From an uncultured Methanomicrobiales archaeon (GTDB taxonomy: Archaea; Halobacteriota; Methanomicrobia; Methanomicrobiales; Methanospirillaceae), in the NCBI GenBank assembly GCA_963758915.1, contig CAVWXH010000016.1:381789-445788 (forward strand): a DNA stretch of 64,000 nucleotides, written 5' to 3'. The position numbers and the translations under genes are program-made. Below the pieces are notes generated by a model. That model was not told where the DNA came from and did no database searches. It saw only the letters and a program-made list of their open reading frames with translations. Position 1 is the stretch's first letter. Every line of letters begins with the position of its first letter. This document shows, one piece after another, positions 9,605-19,486 of this stretch.

Positions 9605-10927
9605 TCATTCCACCGCGTGATACCCTCTTCCCGGGTACCACCGCGGGTCCTGCTTATAAAATTCCCCGTTATGGTAGACAATCCTCCCTTCCATTATGAC
9701 AATGTCAGGAAATATTGCGGGAAGCCCTTCGAAGGGTGACCACCCGGCCCGGCTGTGCAGGTCTCCTGAGACAACCCGGGTAATTTCTTTGGGATAGAGC
9801 GCAAAATCTGCCCGCTCCCCGGGAGCAAATCCTGCCGGTGGGATCCCGAGAATCTCACAGGGCTTCCGGGAGACCTTTTCAACAAGAGTTGTCATCGGTA
9901 TCTTTCTTTTTTGTACTTCAGCGAGCAGAAGAGGGACCATCGTCTCAACACCCGGTATTCCTGATGGTGCATTTGGAAAATCTATAGTCTTTTCAAGTGC
10001 CGTATGTGGTGCATGGTCTGATGCGATGACATCTATCCGGTCCCACATGTTCCAGAGCCCTTCCTGGATTTTTTTATCCCGGAGCGGCGGGTTCACTTTA
10101 GCACGGGCATCACCAGAAAGGAAGTCCTGGTTTGCAAGGAGCAGGTGGTGTGGTGTCACTTCGAAAGATGTCATGAAACCCCGGGAATTACCAGGCTTAT
10201 CCCGGGGTATGCCGTTCAATTGTCTCCTCTGTTCTAAAACTACCTCTATTGCCCTGGCTGAACTCATGTGGCAAAAATGGAGCTGACACCCGGAAACATT
10301 AAGATTACAGACATTCCTTACTGCTTCTGCCTCACCCTGTGGAGTGCGGTTGGAATCGTGCGCGGTCATGGTCTCCGGTTGTAATGGCCCGACGTCTTCT
10401 GCATGGATTGTTGCAAGACTATCCATATGACTGATTGCCTGTAGTGCCATTGAAAGGTCATGGGATGACAGGGCTTCTCCATAACTTGATGGTCCTGCAA
10501 ATATTTCACCGAAAGCCATGGCACCTGCGCTCCATAACGAAAAAAGGTCTGCCCCAGGCGTAACACCTGCATTTATTGCAAAACCACAGCATGCATGAGA
10601 AATTGCTTCTTTTACGCGACTGTTAAAGCGGTGTGAAGTGGTAAGGGCCGGGACAGTATTTGGCTGGTCGACAACGAGTGTAACACCTCCTGCGATGGCA
10701 CTTCTCGTCCCGCTATGCCAGTCTTCTTTTTCCGACTGGCTTCCCCCACGCATATGGACGTGCATATCCGTCGCAGCAGGAATCAGCAACATACCATGGC
10801 AGCGGACATATTCATCTGACTTTTCCACTGCACCAATGTGGATTACCCGCCCCTCCTTAAATCCAATATCTGCTCTCCTCCCGTCAGGGAGTGTTACATC
10901 GTAAAGGGCAAGGTCAGATCCGGACAT
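9605..10927 (-). CDS. pyrC: Dihydroorotase
   Basis: DMHVHMR, AIAGGVT, DQPNTVP, HAED, EVTPHHL, KVNPPLR, ASDHAPH, PSGIPGVET. Confidence 0.9.
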   Translation of the reverse strand: MSGSDLALYDVTLPDGRRADIGFKEGRVIHIGAVEKSDEYVRCHGMLLIPAATDMHVHMRGGSQSEKEDWHSGTRSAIAGGVTLVVDQPNTVPALTTSHRFNSRVKEAISHACCGFAINAGVTPGADLFSLWSAGAMAFGEIFAGPSSYGEALSSHDLSMALQAISHMDSLATIHAEDVGPLQPETMTAHDSNRTPQGEAEAVRNVCNLNVSGCQLHFCHMSSARAIEVVLEQRRQLNGIPRDKPGNSRGFMTSFEVTPHHLLLANQDFLSGDARAKVNPPLRDKKIQEGLWNMWDRIDVIASDHAPHTALEKTIDFPNAPSGIPGVETMVPLLLAEVQKRKIPMTTLVEKVSRKPCEILGIPPAGFAPGERADFALYPKEITRVVSGDLHSRAGWSPFEGLPAIFPDIVIMEGRIVYHNGEFYKQDPRWYPGRGYHAVE

Positions 10928-11047
10928 TCGTACCTGACGTTGGAGTGGTTTACCATAAACTAGTGGCTTATCAATCGCCTGGGGAGGTAGCCGGTATCAA
11001 TTGTTACGGGTTAGAAAAAAATTTGCAATAAAGGGGGTCGGGTATCG

Positions 11048-13312
11048 CTAACTATGTTCATCCGGGAGGAGGCACGCTTCTCCCTCCTCACGTGGCCTTG
11101 GCTTTTCAAGCCTGCCCATGACAGAAAGGATTGCGGGCATTATAATGATGGCCCCAATCAGCGAGAACCCGACAGCAATCAGCGTCGTGATTCCAAAATT
11201 GCTGATGATCGGGAAGCTCGCAAATAAGAGCGCGGAAAACCCGAAAAATGTTGCCAGTCCCGAGATGGTAATTGCAGTGCCTATCCGTTCAACACTATGA
11301 TGGATGGCACTCATGGGGTCACCGAGATTATCAAACTCTTCAGCATACCGCTCCATAACGAGGATTGTGTACTCAGCTGCGACCCCGATTGTCATTGAGC
11401 CGAGGGTAGCTGTAAGCGGGGTATAATCGATCCCGAGAAGGTACATGGCAGCGGCATTCCAGCCCACTACAAGAATAATTGGTACGAGCGGCGTGACAGC
11501 ATGGACTCTGCGATAGACCAGCAGCAGGAACATAAATACCAGGATGAACCCAAGTGCGGTCATCTGTTCTTTTGATGAGGATAAGGAGCCGATAAGACGC
11601 GTAAACAGGTCAAAACTACCGGAAGGGGCTGCATTGATGCCGGCAGGGGGGGGATTGAATGCAATGTCACCGATTACCAGTTCCTTTAACGAGGATTGCT
11701 GTGTGGTCTCAAGTTTTACCGTGGTAAACTGGATTACCCCGTCTGTAGAACCTACCAGGTATGCCTTTTTAATATCAGCCGGGATTAGGGATAGCACCGT
11801 ATCAAGTTCATTCTGTGTTACCGGCATCTGCCCGTTATTATAAGCGAGGACATAGGTAACAATACTGGTCGCACCCGTAAGCTGACTATGCCGGTTCAGT
11901 TCATCGTCCTGGAACTGCTTTATCCATTTAATGGTGACCAGGGAACTTACCCCATCCCCGTTCAGGTAAATGGGCACGGTGCTCGTCGCACCATACATCC
12001 TGGTAACCTTATCGTTCAGGACCTTGGCCGGCATGTCTGACGGGACAAACGTGTTTTCATTTGTCTGGATTGGAATATAGGAATCGATCTGGAACCCGAT
12101 GACCGCGATTACGCAAGCCACGAGAAGAATCGGGACAGGATTTTTTGCAATTTTCATTGAAGTTTTTGTCAGCAGCGCACTATACGAAAAACTGCCTTTC
12201 GATGATGGTTTCTTCACTTTTGGTTTATACTTCAGGAGGATGGCTGCAGTGGGAATGCCGATCAGGGATGCCAGGTAACAACAGGCAATCCCTATGATGG
12301 AGACCAGCCCGAAACTCTGAATCATCGGCACCGGGGAGATGAACATGGCAACAAATCCCATGCAGGTCGCAAGCATCGCATAGAGGACTGCAGGGCCGGT
12401 CTTGGTAATCGTCATGAAAATTGCCTGTTCCATTGAGCCCTTTCTGATTTCCTCGTCAAACCGGGAATGGAACTGTATTGCATAATCAATTCCGAGCCCA
12501 ATAAGGACAGGGAATGCGCCGAGTACTGCCATGTTCAACTGGATCCCGACAAGGCCCATGAGGCCCATAGACCCGACGAGTCCTATCGTGACCATCAGTA
12601 CCGGCAGGAACCGGTGGCTGACAAACGAGAACAGGATACCCATCACAATGACCATTAAGATAAGGGCTGCAAAGATGAGGACCCCGGCAGAGGACCCCAT
12701 CGAGCTCTGCATCTGCTTGGAGAACGCGGCACTCCCGGTAAGTGATATTGTTACACCAGGTGGTGGATTGGCATTATCAACGAGACTCTGCAAATTGGTA
12801 AGGAGATTGGTTTTTGCTTTTTCCGAAAGGCCTTCATTCACATCAACCCGGATTATCGTGATCAGGTTTGACTGGCTATAGACTGCAAGGACATTTGGAG
12901 GTACCCTGGTCTCAGCATCCTGTATCTCACCAACTGAGGTTGGGAGGGCACCGTTGTTGGCCTGCTTCAGGATATCAGCAATGCCAGAAACGCTCTTAAT
13001 ATTCTGCTGGCTGCGGATCGATTCTTCAAGTCCGTCCATAAAATGCAGCATATCAGGACTTATCGGTGTATCGGTATCAATGAACAGTACAACCGGGTCT
13101 GACTGGAACGTGGTAATATATTTATTATACTGGCTGCCTTCTGGTGAATCTTTCACCATGTATGTTTCCCACCCGGACTGCATGGAAATCATCGTCATCC
13201 CGTACAGGCAGACAATAAAAAGTGCTACAACGATTCCTGCGACCAGCATCGGGTGATGGGTAATTACGTTTGCAAGCCGTTCAAATATTTTCTTCACAAT
13301 AATCTTGTCCAT
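11048..13312 (-). CDS. RND-superfamily (MMPL/HAE3) transporter
   Basis: Duplicated architecture of 1 TM + extracellular loop + 5 TM. Motifs IGLGIDYAIQFHSRF and IGVAAEYTILVMERY. Confidence 0.9.
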   Translation of the reverse strand: MDKIIVKKIFERLANVITHHPMLVAGIVVALFIVCLYGMTMISMQSGWETYMVKDSPEGSQYNKYITTFQSDPVVLFIDTDTPISPDMLHFMDGLEESIRSQQNIKSVSGIADILKQANNGALPTSVGEIQDAETRVPPNVLAVYSQSNLITIIRVDVNEGLSEKAKTNLLTNLQSLVDNANPPPGVTISLTGSAAFSKQMQSSMGSSAGVLIFAALILMVIVMGILFSFVSHRFLPVLMVTIGLVGSMGLMGLVGIQLNMAVLGAFPVLIGLGIDYAIQFHSRFDEEIRKGSMEQAIFMTITKTGPAVLYAMLATCMGFVAMFISPVPMIQSFGLVSIIGIACCYLASLIGIPTAAILLKYKPKVKKPSSKGSFSYSALLTKTSMKIAKNPVPILLVACVIAVIGFQIDSYIPIQTNENTFVPSDMPAKVLNDKVTRMYGATSTVPIYLNGDGVSSLVTIKWIKQFQDDELNRHSQLTGATSIVTYVLAYNNGQMPVTQNELDTVLSLIPADIKKAYLVGSTDGVIQFTTVKLETTQQSSLKELVIGDIAFNPPPAGINAAPSGSFDLFTRLIGSLSSSKEQMTALGFILVFMFLLLVYRRVHAVTPLVPIILVVGWNAAAMYLLGIDYTPLTATLGSMTIGVAAEYTILVMERYAEEFDNLGDPMSAIHHSVERIGTAITISGLATFFGFSALLFASFPIISNFGITTLIAVGFSLIGAIIIMPAILSVMGRLEKPRPREEGEACLLPDEHS

Positions 13313-13682
13313 TTTTTATGTTTATTACCTGAAACGGCCTGTGTTTTAAAACACTGGACTGATCCATCCGTTATTGGGCAAATCACTGTGGAATTGGGGC
13401 CCTGAAGCAATATGATACCATATGGATGAATGAAATGGATCTCTTTTATGCCTCACGGTTTCTGAAATGCCGCAAAGACAATCCAGACTTTTTTTATTCG
13501 TGACCTTGTTCTCTGACACCGGCTTTCGTTTCAATTTGCTGATAATTTTTCGCTTGGATTAGTAATAAAGTATTTGTTGTGAATAAGACAACAATACATT
13601 ATTTATCATTTTTAACATGCTGTTTTTTGTGTTTCCTGTTTTTTTTAGAATAAATGATAAATTATTCCTCTTTATAAACGAT

Positions 13683-14382
13683 TTATGATATGAGGGTTTT
13701 AATAATACGCAATGTATTACAGGGGTCATCCGTAATAACCCCGTCAATTCCTATTGAAATTGCCCTTTTTAATTCAGTTTTTATATTCAGGGTCCACGGA
13801 ATGACCTGCATCCCGGAATCATGGGCTTTTCGTACAAATTCAATAGAAAGGAAATCCTTTCGTGGAAGAATGAAATCATATATTAACCTTTTTTCTTCGA
13901 AGTGATGATCCCTATGGTTATTCGATACGATAATCCCTGTTTTTAAATCCGGAAGATAGGTTTTCATTACTTCCAGGCTCTCGGAATGAAACGAAACGCA
14001 TATGATCTTTCCTATTCTGAAAATTACTTAAGACCTCACTGACTATTTTTTCGCTTCCCGGTTCTTTTATCTCGATAAAAATGCCCCTTCCCCTCGTGTA
14101 ATACAACGGGAACAACTTCCTCCAGGGTAGGAATTTTTTCCCCATCCCCCGCATCGAGTCCTTTTAAATCTTTTAACCTGTCAGGTCATTGACCTGTCCC
14201 GTCCCGCTGGTGGTCCGCTCAAGTCTGGCATCGTGGATAAGAACAGGGATACCGTCATGGCTTAGCCTGACATCGACCTCAACATAGTCTGCACATTTCA
14301 TTCCGGTCCTGATTGCCCGCAAGGTGTTTTCGGGTGCCACTGCCCGGGCCCCCCGGTGCCCCACAATCCACAATTGTACCAT
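13683..14382 (-). CDS. Glycerophosphodiester phosphodiesterase, split by 2-3 frameshifts
   Basis: VGHRGA...PENTL, EVDVRLS.DG.PVLIHD, IEIKEPG, IPWTLN, GIDGVITDDP across three ORF fragments. Confidence 0.82.
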
Positions 14383-14650
14383 AGTCTCCCTGTTTTTTTA
14401 TTATTGGTACATAGCAGCAGAAAAATACTTTTAGGTTAAATTGGGAATTTAAGTATTTATACCAATAATTTCCGGGAGTTCAACCTGTACTGCTTACCTG
14501 ACAACGGTTAGGCAGTACATATTCCTGACCGGTTTCGCTGCATCCGGATAGGTATATTGTCAAATGTTGCTGAGTTAACCCTGCGGGAACCCCCGGCAAA
14601 GGGCATTGGTATCAGAAAATAATAAAAAACGGGTGAATTCAGAAATACAA

Positions 14651-14735
14651 TGCGAGGGATGGGATTCGAACCCAAGAACTCCTGAGAGAATAGGCCCTGA
14701 ACCTATCGCCGTTGGCCAGGCTTGGCTACCCTCGC
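14651..14735 (-). tRNA. tRNA-Leu(CAG), intronless, CCA not encoded
   Basis: GCGAGGG/CCCTCGC acceptor stem, ATAGG-TTCAGGG-CCTAT anticodon arm, long variable arm, GGGTTCGAATCCC T-arm, discriminator A. Confidence 0.97.
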
Positions 14736-14838
14736 GCTTTATACACTACAGCTTCCGACAAAATAAATGTAGTAGTTCCATTCAACGATGCCATTACCTT
14801 ATAACCCTGTTTTCAGGGATGGTTTTTTTCACCGGCAG

Positions 14839-16704
14839 TTAAGATCCCGGGCTACCCAGTCCATTCTGGTATTTTTTCAATTCTGCTTCCCGCAACTCTT
14901 TTCTCCTGATCTTCCCTGATATGGTTTTTGGCAGGGAATCCGAGAATTCAATCAGCCTTGGATATTTGTAGGGTGCGGTGACATGCTTGACATGGTTTTG
15001 TAATTCCTTTACCAGCGCATCTGATGGTTTATGCCCTGGCGCCAGCACAATAAATGCCTTGACGATCATTCCCCTGACATCATCCGGGACCCCGACAACG
15101 GCAGCTTCCTGGACGGCAGGGTGTTCTATGAGGGCACTCTCGACTTCAAACGGGCCGATACGATAACCTGATGCCTTTATGACATCATCATCCCTGCCAA
15201 TGAACCAGAAATAGCCGTCTTCGTCTTTGTAGGCCTTGTCGCCGGTATAATAGAAACCGTTGACAAACACCTTTTTATTCTCTTCATCATTGTAGAGGTA
15301 CCCGTCGAACATTCCTACCGGTTTTGGATCTGTCTTAATTGCTATCCTGCCTTCCTGGTGAAGAGCGACAGGTTTTCCCTCGTCATCGTGGAGTTCGATA
15401 TGCCAGCCCGGGGAGGGCTTCCCCATGGAACCGAATTTCGGTTTCATCGATGGGAATGTCCCGATGCAGAGAACCGTCTCAGTCTGCCCGTAACCCTCAA
15501 AGATAGTGAGGCCGGTGGAGTCTTTCCACGCCTTGATCACTTCAGGGTTCAGGGGTTCCCCGGCACTGACACAGTGGCGGAGCTCGGAGAAATCGAATTT
15601 ATCCAAATCTGCAAGGATCAGCATCCGGTAGATTGTCGGAGGACAGCAGAAGGTAGTAATACCATATTTTTCGATAAGCGGAAGGATTTCTGTCGCATTA
15701 AAGCGGCTCCGGATATCATAAACAAAAATACAGCAGCCTTCTAGCCATTGCCCGTATAATTTGCCCCAGGCACTTTTCGCCCAACCCGTATCTGACAGTG
15801 TAAAGTGGACATCAGTTGAACGGACATCATGCCAGAACCTTGTAGTGACAATATGACCGAGGGGATAACTGTGATCGTGAACCACCATCTTGGCATCTCC
15901 CGTTGTACCTGATGTGAAAAAAATTACAAGCGGGTCAGTAGACTTCGTCTTTTTCATACCAGGAAGTGCAATGAGTTTTGTTGAGACTGGTGCAGGATAA
16001 TTGAGTTCTACCGGGTAACTTATCCAGCCGTCACGTTTGCCATCCATTACCATGCGACCGCAAAGTGACGGGCATTCATCGAAAATCTCGTCCACTTTAT
16101 CGGCATGTTCCATGCTGGTAATAATCATCTTGATATCAGCGATGTGGACGCGGTACTTCAGGTCTTTCGGAGTGAGCATCGTAGGTGCAGGGCAATAAAC
16201 CACACCACGCTTAATGAGTGCCAGGGTGAATATCCACCATTCCGGGACTCTTGGGAGCATGATCAGGACGCGGTCACCTTTCGATATGCCGTACTTGATG
16301 AACATGTTTGCGACCTGGTTTGAGAGTCTCGACATGTCCCAGAAGGTAAATTTTTTTTCCTCGCCGTTCTGGTTCACCCAGATCATTGCTATCTTGTTAC
16401 GATCTTTTTTTGCCCATTCATCGACCACATCAAAACCGAAATTAAAGTATTCCGGGACTTTTATCCTGAAGTCTTTGTAGGTCTTATCATAATCCACAAT
16501 ATTGTGCAAATTAAGGGGATCAGTTTTTCCCTCTTTTGCATGTTCTCCCGACGGATGAACCCAGATGTCCTGGTGACCACCTTGTTTCATATAAGTGGTG
16601 CATGCCTCACTGATCCAATCAGACCGGGAAATACCCTGATTTTCTGATGAAGCATCTATTTTTTCCGTGAGCTGGTCATCCATCGTGACTGAGTAGCGCA
16701 CCAT
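14839..16704 (-). CDS. Acyl-CoA synthetase (AMP-forming, medium-chain/ACSM-like) with N-terminal ribbon-helix-helix domain
   Basis: FTSGTTG, EGYGQTET, TGD, GRDDDVIK.SGYRIGPFEVES, LPKTISGKI. N-terminus MVRYSVTMDDQLTEKID...GISRSDWISEAC fits the RHH pattern. Confidence 0.92.
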   Translation of the reverse strand: MVRYSVTMDDQLTEKIDASSENQGISRSDWISEACTTYMKQGGHQDIWVHPSGEHAKEGKTDPLNLHNIVDYDKTYKDFRIKVPEYFNFGFDVVDEWAKKDRNKIAMIWVNQNGEEKKFTFWDMSRLSNQVANMFIKYGISKGDRVLIMLPRVPEWWIFTLALIKRGVVYCPAPTMLTPKDLKYRVHIADIKMIITSMEHADKVDEIFDECPSLCGRMVMDGKRDGWISYPVELNYPAPVSTKLIALPGMKKTKSTDPLVIFFTSGTTGDAKMVVHDHSYPLGHIVTTRFWHDVRSTDVHFTLSDTGWAKSAWGKLYGQWLEGCCIFVYDIRSRFNATEILPLIEKYGITTFCCPPTIYRMLILADLDKFDFSELRHCVSAGEPLNPEVIKAWKDSTGLTIFEGYGQTETVLCIGTFPSMKPKFGSMGKPSPGWHIELHDDEGKPVALHQEGRIAIKTDPKPVGMFDGYLYNDEENKKVFVNGFYYTGDKAYKDEDGYFWFIGRDDDVIKASGYRIGPFEVESALIEHPAVQEAAVVGVPDDVRGMIVKAFIVLAPGHKPSDALVKELQNHVKHVTAPYKYPRLIEFSDSLPKTISGKIRRKELREAELKKYQNGLGSPGS

Positions 16705-16717
16705 ACTGAATCGTTTC

Positions 16718-16758
16718 GTGGTGCACATAAAGAGTCTTTCGATGTAATTGTGCATCAC
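16718..16758. promoter_or_regulatory. Inverted repeat (GTGGTGCACA-N21-TGTGCATCAC) bracketing the BRE/TATA of the RHH-acyl-CoA synthetase gene
   Basis: 10-bp arms with 1 mismatch at 16718-16727 and 16749-16758. On the minus strand CGAAAG...TTTATG lies between and overlaps them, about 27 bp above the ATG at 16704. Confidence 0.6.
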
Positions 16759-17202
16759 CTATGGAGGGAATTAGGTATAGTAATGAACCGTTTAAAAAAG
16801 AAGACACAGGAGGATCTCTTGCCGGACTACAATTAAAACTGAAATGCTTCTCTTTCTTCAGTTTGCGGGTATATCCTGTTCTCCTGACTGGTTGATATGT
16901 TCACGGCATTTTTCCCCTCTGGTAATCTGATTGGTTTAATGTACGGTCTTGTAGTCCTTGTCAGAAATAACGGTTATGACAATCTGACTCTCCAGACGTT
17001 CATAAAAAAGTCTTATTATGCCTCGGGTTTCATCCGGATATCCTGTTGATCAACAGTTCCTGTTCAGAGAATACAAGGGTTTTACCGCACATTTGACGAT
17101 TTTTGCACAAGACTCATCGTACCCTCCAATTCAGTAATGTTACATTTTTAAAAGCAGAATCATTCCAGTAAATTAATATTAATACATTTTCAAGAAGATA
17201 TC

Positions 17203-18705
17203 ATGTTCTCATATTCATCACACCAGGGGTTTACAGGCCACGGCAGGCAAAAACCTGGAATGATTATAATTCTCGCAACCCTGCTCGTAATCCTGGTATT
17301 GCTGCTCCCCGCTGCCACGGCGGCAAATATTAGCGGGTCATCCAATAGCACTTCGGTAACAAATACACTGCCTGTTGCTACTTCGCTGCCACCGACAACA
17401 GCTACCCCCATTCTTAAGGACGCTAATACCACCGCTATGGCTACTACCACCATGGTCACCATTGCAAAACCGGCAGTAAAGGCACCAAAAATTGAGTTTA
17501 CCGTAACACCAGTGGATGGTATAGCCCCACTTACCGTCACAGTATACCCGGTATTTAATCCGGCAGGAGGAGCACCGCAATATCTCGTGCTTGATTTTGG
17601 TGATGGTCAGCAGGTGAATGACACCCTGAAAACCAGCTTTGAACATACCTACATGATAGCAGGCAGCTACACTATCACTCTTACCTCGGTCAATGCAGGG
17701 GGAAGTAACGTGGAAACCCTGCAAAGTCCCGTAAACGTACGCATCCCCGTCACTGCGACAAGCGCAGCACCAACATCACCAACAACAGTTCCGAACACAA
17801 CTGCAACAGTTCCGGTAACCATAGCTGCCACCAATGTACCGGTCCTGAATACAACAGTAGTAAATGCAACCATTCCACTTCCACTCACAGCAGCTGTGGG
17901 GAACATTTCGGTGAATGATACTCCCTGCTTCTACCCGAATATGACAAAGGCCGATATCCGGGCGACACCTATCGAGGGACCAGCCCCCCTCCGGGTGAAT
18001 TTCTTTGACAATTCGACGTGTGCCCCCCCCACGGCCTGGCAATGGGACTTTGGTTCTCCGGTCAACCCGGGTGTTAAAACCATGCGCGATCCTATCGTTA
18101 CCTATGCAGAACCAGGGACCTATAACGTAACACTGCTGGTTATCAACTCGTTCAATAACAACAGCACAAAAACCCTCACGGGGTTCATCCACGTCCTGCC
18201 ACCGGTCACTCCTGCCCCCTATCCAACGGCAGCACCTGTTGTTGTGCCAGTCCCGGTAATTGCCCCTAATTTTACAGCAAACCAGACAACCGGCCCTGCC
18301 CCGTTATGTGTCCAGTTCACCGAAAGTTCAACAGGCCCCACTGCTGTCACGTGGTTCTGGGAATTTGGTGACGGGACAAACTCGACGGTAAAGAACCCGG
18401 CTCACTGCTATAATAACAGTGGTAATTTTTCGGTGACGTTGAAGACAGCCCCCGCGGGAGGCGCCCCGGTTACCAAAGTCAGGGAGAATTATATCATTGT
18501 CACCTCCGGATCCACCCCGTTCCCGATGGACCTTATTTTCGTTATCGGGATCATCATTGTCATCCTCGTTGTTGTCGGACTTTTCGTTATGAAGAGAAGC
18601 GGGGGTTCGCACCATACACACAGCGGGAGACACCATGATGATACAATGCAGGCTGAAGATGAAACTGCTGAAACCAAAGGTCCACGTCATGGCAGGGACC
18701 TCTGA
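17203..18705 (+). CDS. Membrane-anchored PKD-domain surface glycoprotein (3 PKD)
   Basis: Signal peptide, Thr/Pro-rich linkers, LDFGDG / WQWDFG / WFWEFGDG, many N-x-S/T sequons, C-terminal TM followed by KR. Confidence 0.88.
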   Translation: MFSYSSHQGFTGHGRQKPGMIIILATLLVILVLLLPAATAANISGSSNSTSVTNTLPVATSLPPTTATPILKDANTTAMATTTMVTIAKPAVKAPKIEFTVTPVDGIAPLTVTVYPVFNPAGGAPQYLVLDFGDGQQVNDTLKTSFEHTYMIAGSYTITLTSVNAGGSNVETLQSPVNVRIPVTATSAAPTSPTTVPNTTATVPVTIAATNVPVLNTTVVNATIPLPLTAAVGNISVNDTPCFYPNMTKADIRATPIEGPAPLRVNFFDNSTCAPPTAWQWDFGSPVNPGVKTMRDPIVTYAEPGTYNVTLLVINSFNNNSTKTLTGFIHVLPPVTPAPYPTAAPVVVPVPVIAPNFTANQTTGPAPLCVQFTESSTGPTAVTWFWEFGDGTNSTVKNPAHCYNNSGNFSVTLKTAPAGGAPVTKVRENYIIVTSGSTPFPMDLIFVIGIIIVILVVVGLFVMKRSGGSHHTHSGRHHDDTMQAEDETAETKGPRHGRDL

Positions 18706-18719
18706 TTTACAGAAATAAC

Positions 18720-18972
18720 GGCTTTGTTGAAACCCTTCGGTGTCATAAAAAAGCAGAAGGAAATACGAAGACAGGAGGGGGTTTCACCCGGGTTTCACCC
18801 CCATTAACATATTCTTCGGGCAGTTTTTCCCGAAATCTCATCAAATTCAGAGTATTGGAGGATAGTCTCTATCCAACCAGGGCCGCCATAGTGGCAGGGC
18901 GGAGCCCCGGGAGGGTGACTAAATTTTAGAATAACCAAGTCTGCAATATAGATTATGCTGTTTCAACAGGAT
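18720..18972 (-). mobile_element. MITE-like repeat, copy D (short form)
   Basis: Begins GGCTTTGTTGAAACCCTTCGGTGTCATAAAA, matching the end of copy H in reverse complement. Ends TTTCAACAGG. Confidence 0.88.
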
Positions 18973-18996
18973 GACAATAATTATTTTTTAAAAAAA

Positions 18997-19462
18997 GTAA
19001 CTGTTCAGCCGAGCCTGTGAGCAATAGAAGGGATGAAAGGATTTCCCTAGAATGCATCCACAAGAGAGTTCAGGACAGGCATCTGAATTTTTTTTTCAAG
19101 GTTGAGATATATCTCCCTTACCCTGCAGAACCAGTCCGCCCCTTCCTCACTCCTGAACGTCCCACGGCTCGTTCTCCTTTCTTCCGCGGACTCTGGGATC
19201 TTTTGTAGATATCTGTTGATGGCGGTCTGCTGCTGGTACGGCTGTTCTGTTTTAATTGAGCCTCTAATTCCTGTATCCGTTTCTGTAAATCAGATATTAT
19301 ATGATTCTGTTCTTCTATAACCGCTAGTAATGACTGGACATACGAAGCTGGGTAGAACTCAGGAATACTATTATCTTTTTTATTATTCAGGTTATTTTCA
19401 GCCACTAATTGTTAATTTGACTTCATTGTACCAGGATCTTGCGGTGGAAGCTGAACAGTTAC
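18997..19462 (-). mobile_element. Internally deleted IS66-family element
   Basis: Perfect 13-bp TIRs GTAACTGTTCAGC / GCTGAACAGTTAC in an A-run target. Transposase N-terminus (LKQNSRTSSRPPSTD) is joined to a degenerate C-terminus (FCRVR.YISTLKK...DAF*GNPFIP). Confidence 0.9.
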
Positions 19463-19486
19463 AAAAAAAAATAGTATAACGAAAAT

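Noticed and set aside
9334-9739. Several overlapping short ORFs between DUF167 and pyrC
   Set aside because: The region is better explained by the H/ACA RNA; the peptides look random.
14487-14518. Hairpin GTACTGCTTACC...GGTTAGGCAGTAC downstream of tRNA-Leu; tRNA as an integration site
   Set aside because: It is an isolated stem, and there is no integrase or duplicated tRNA 3' end in the window.
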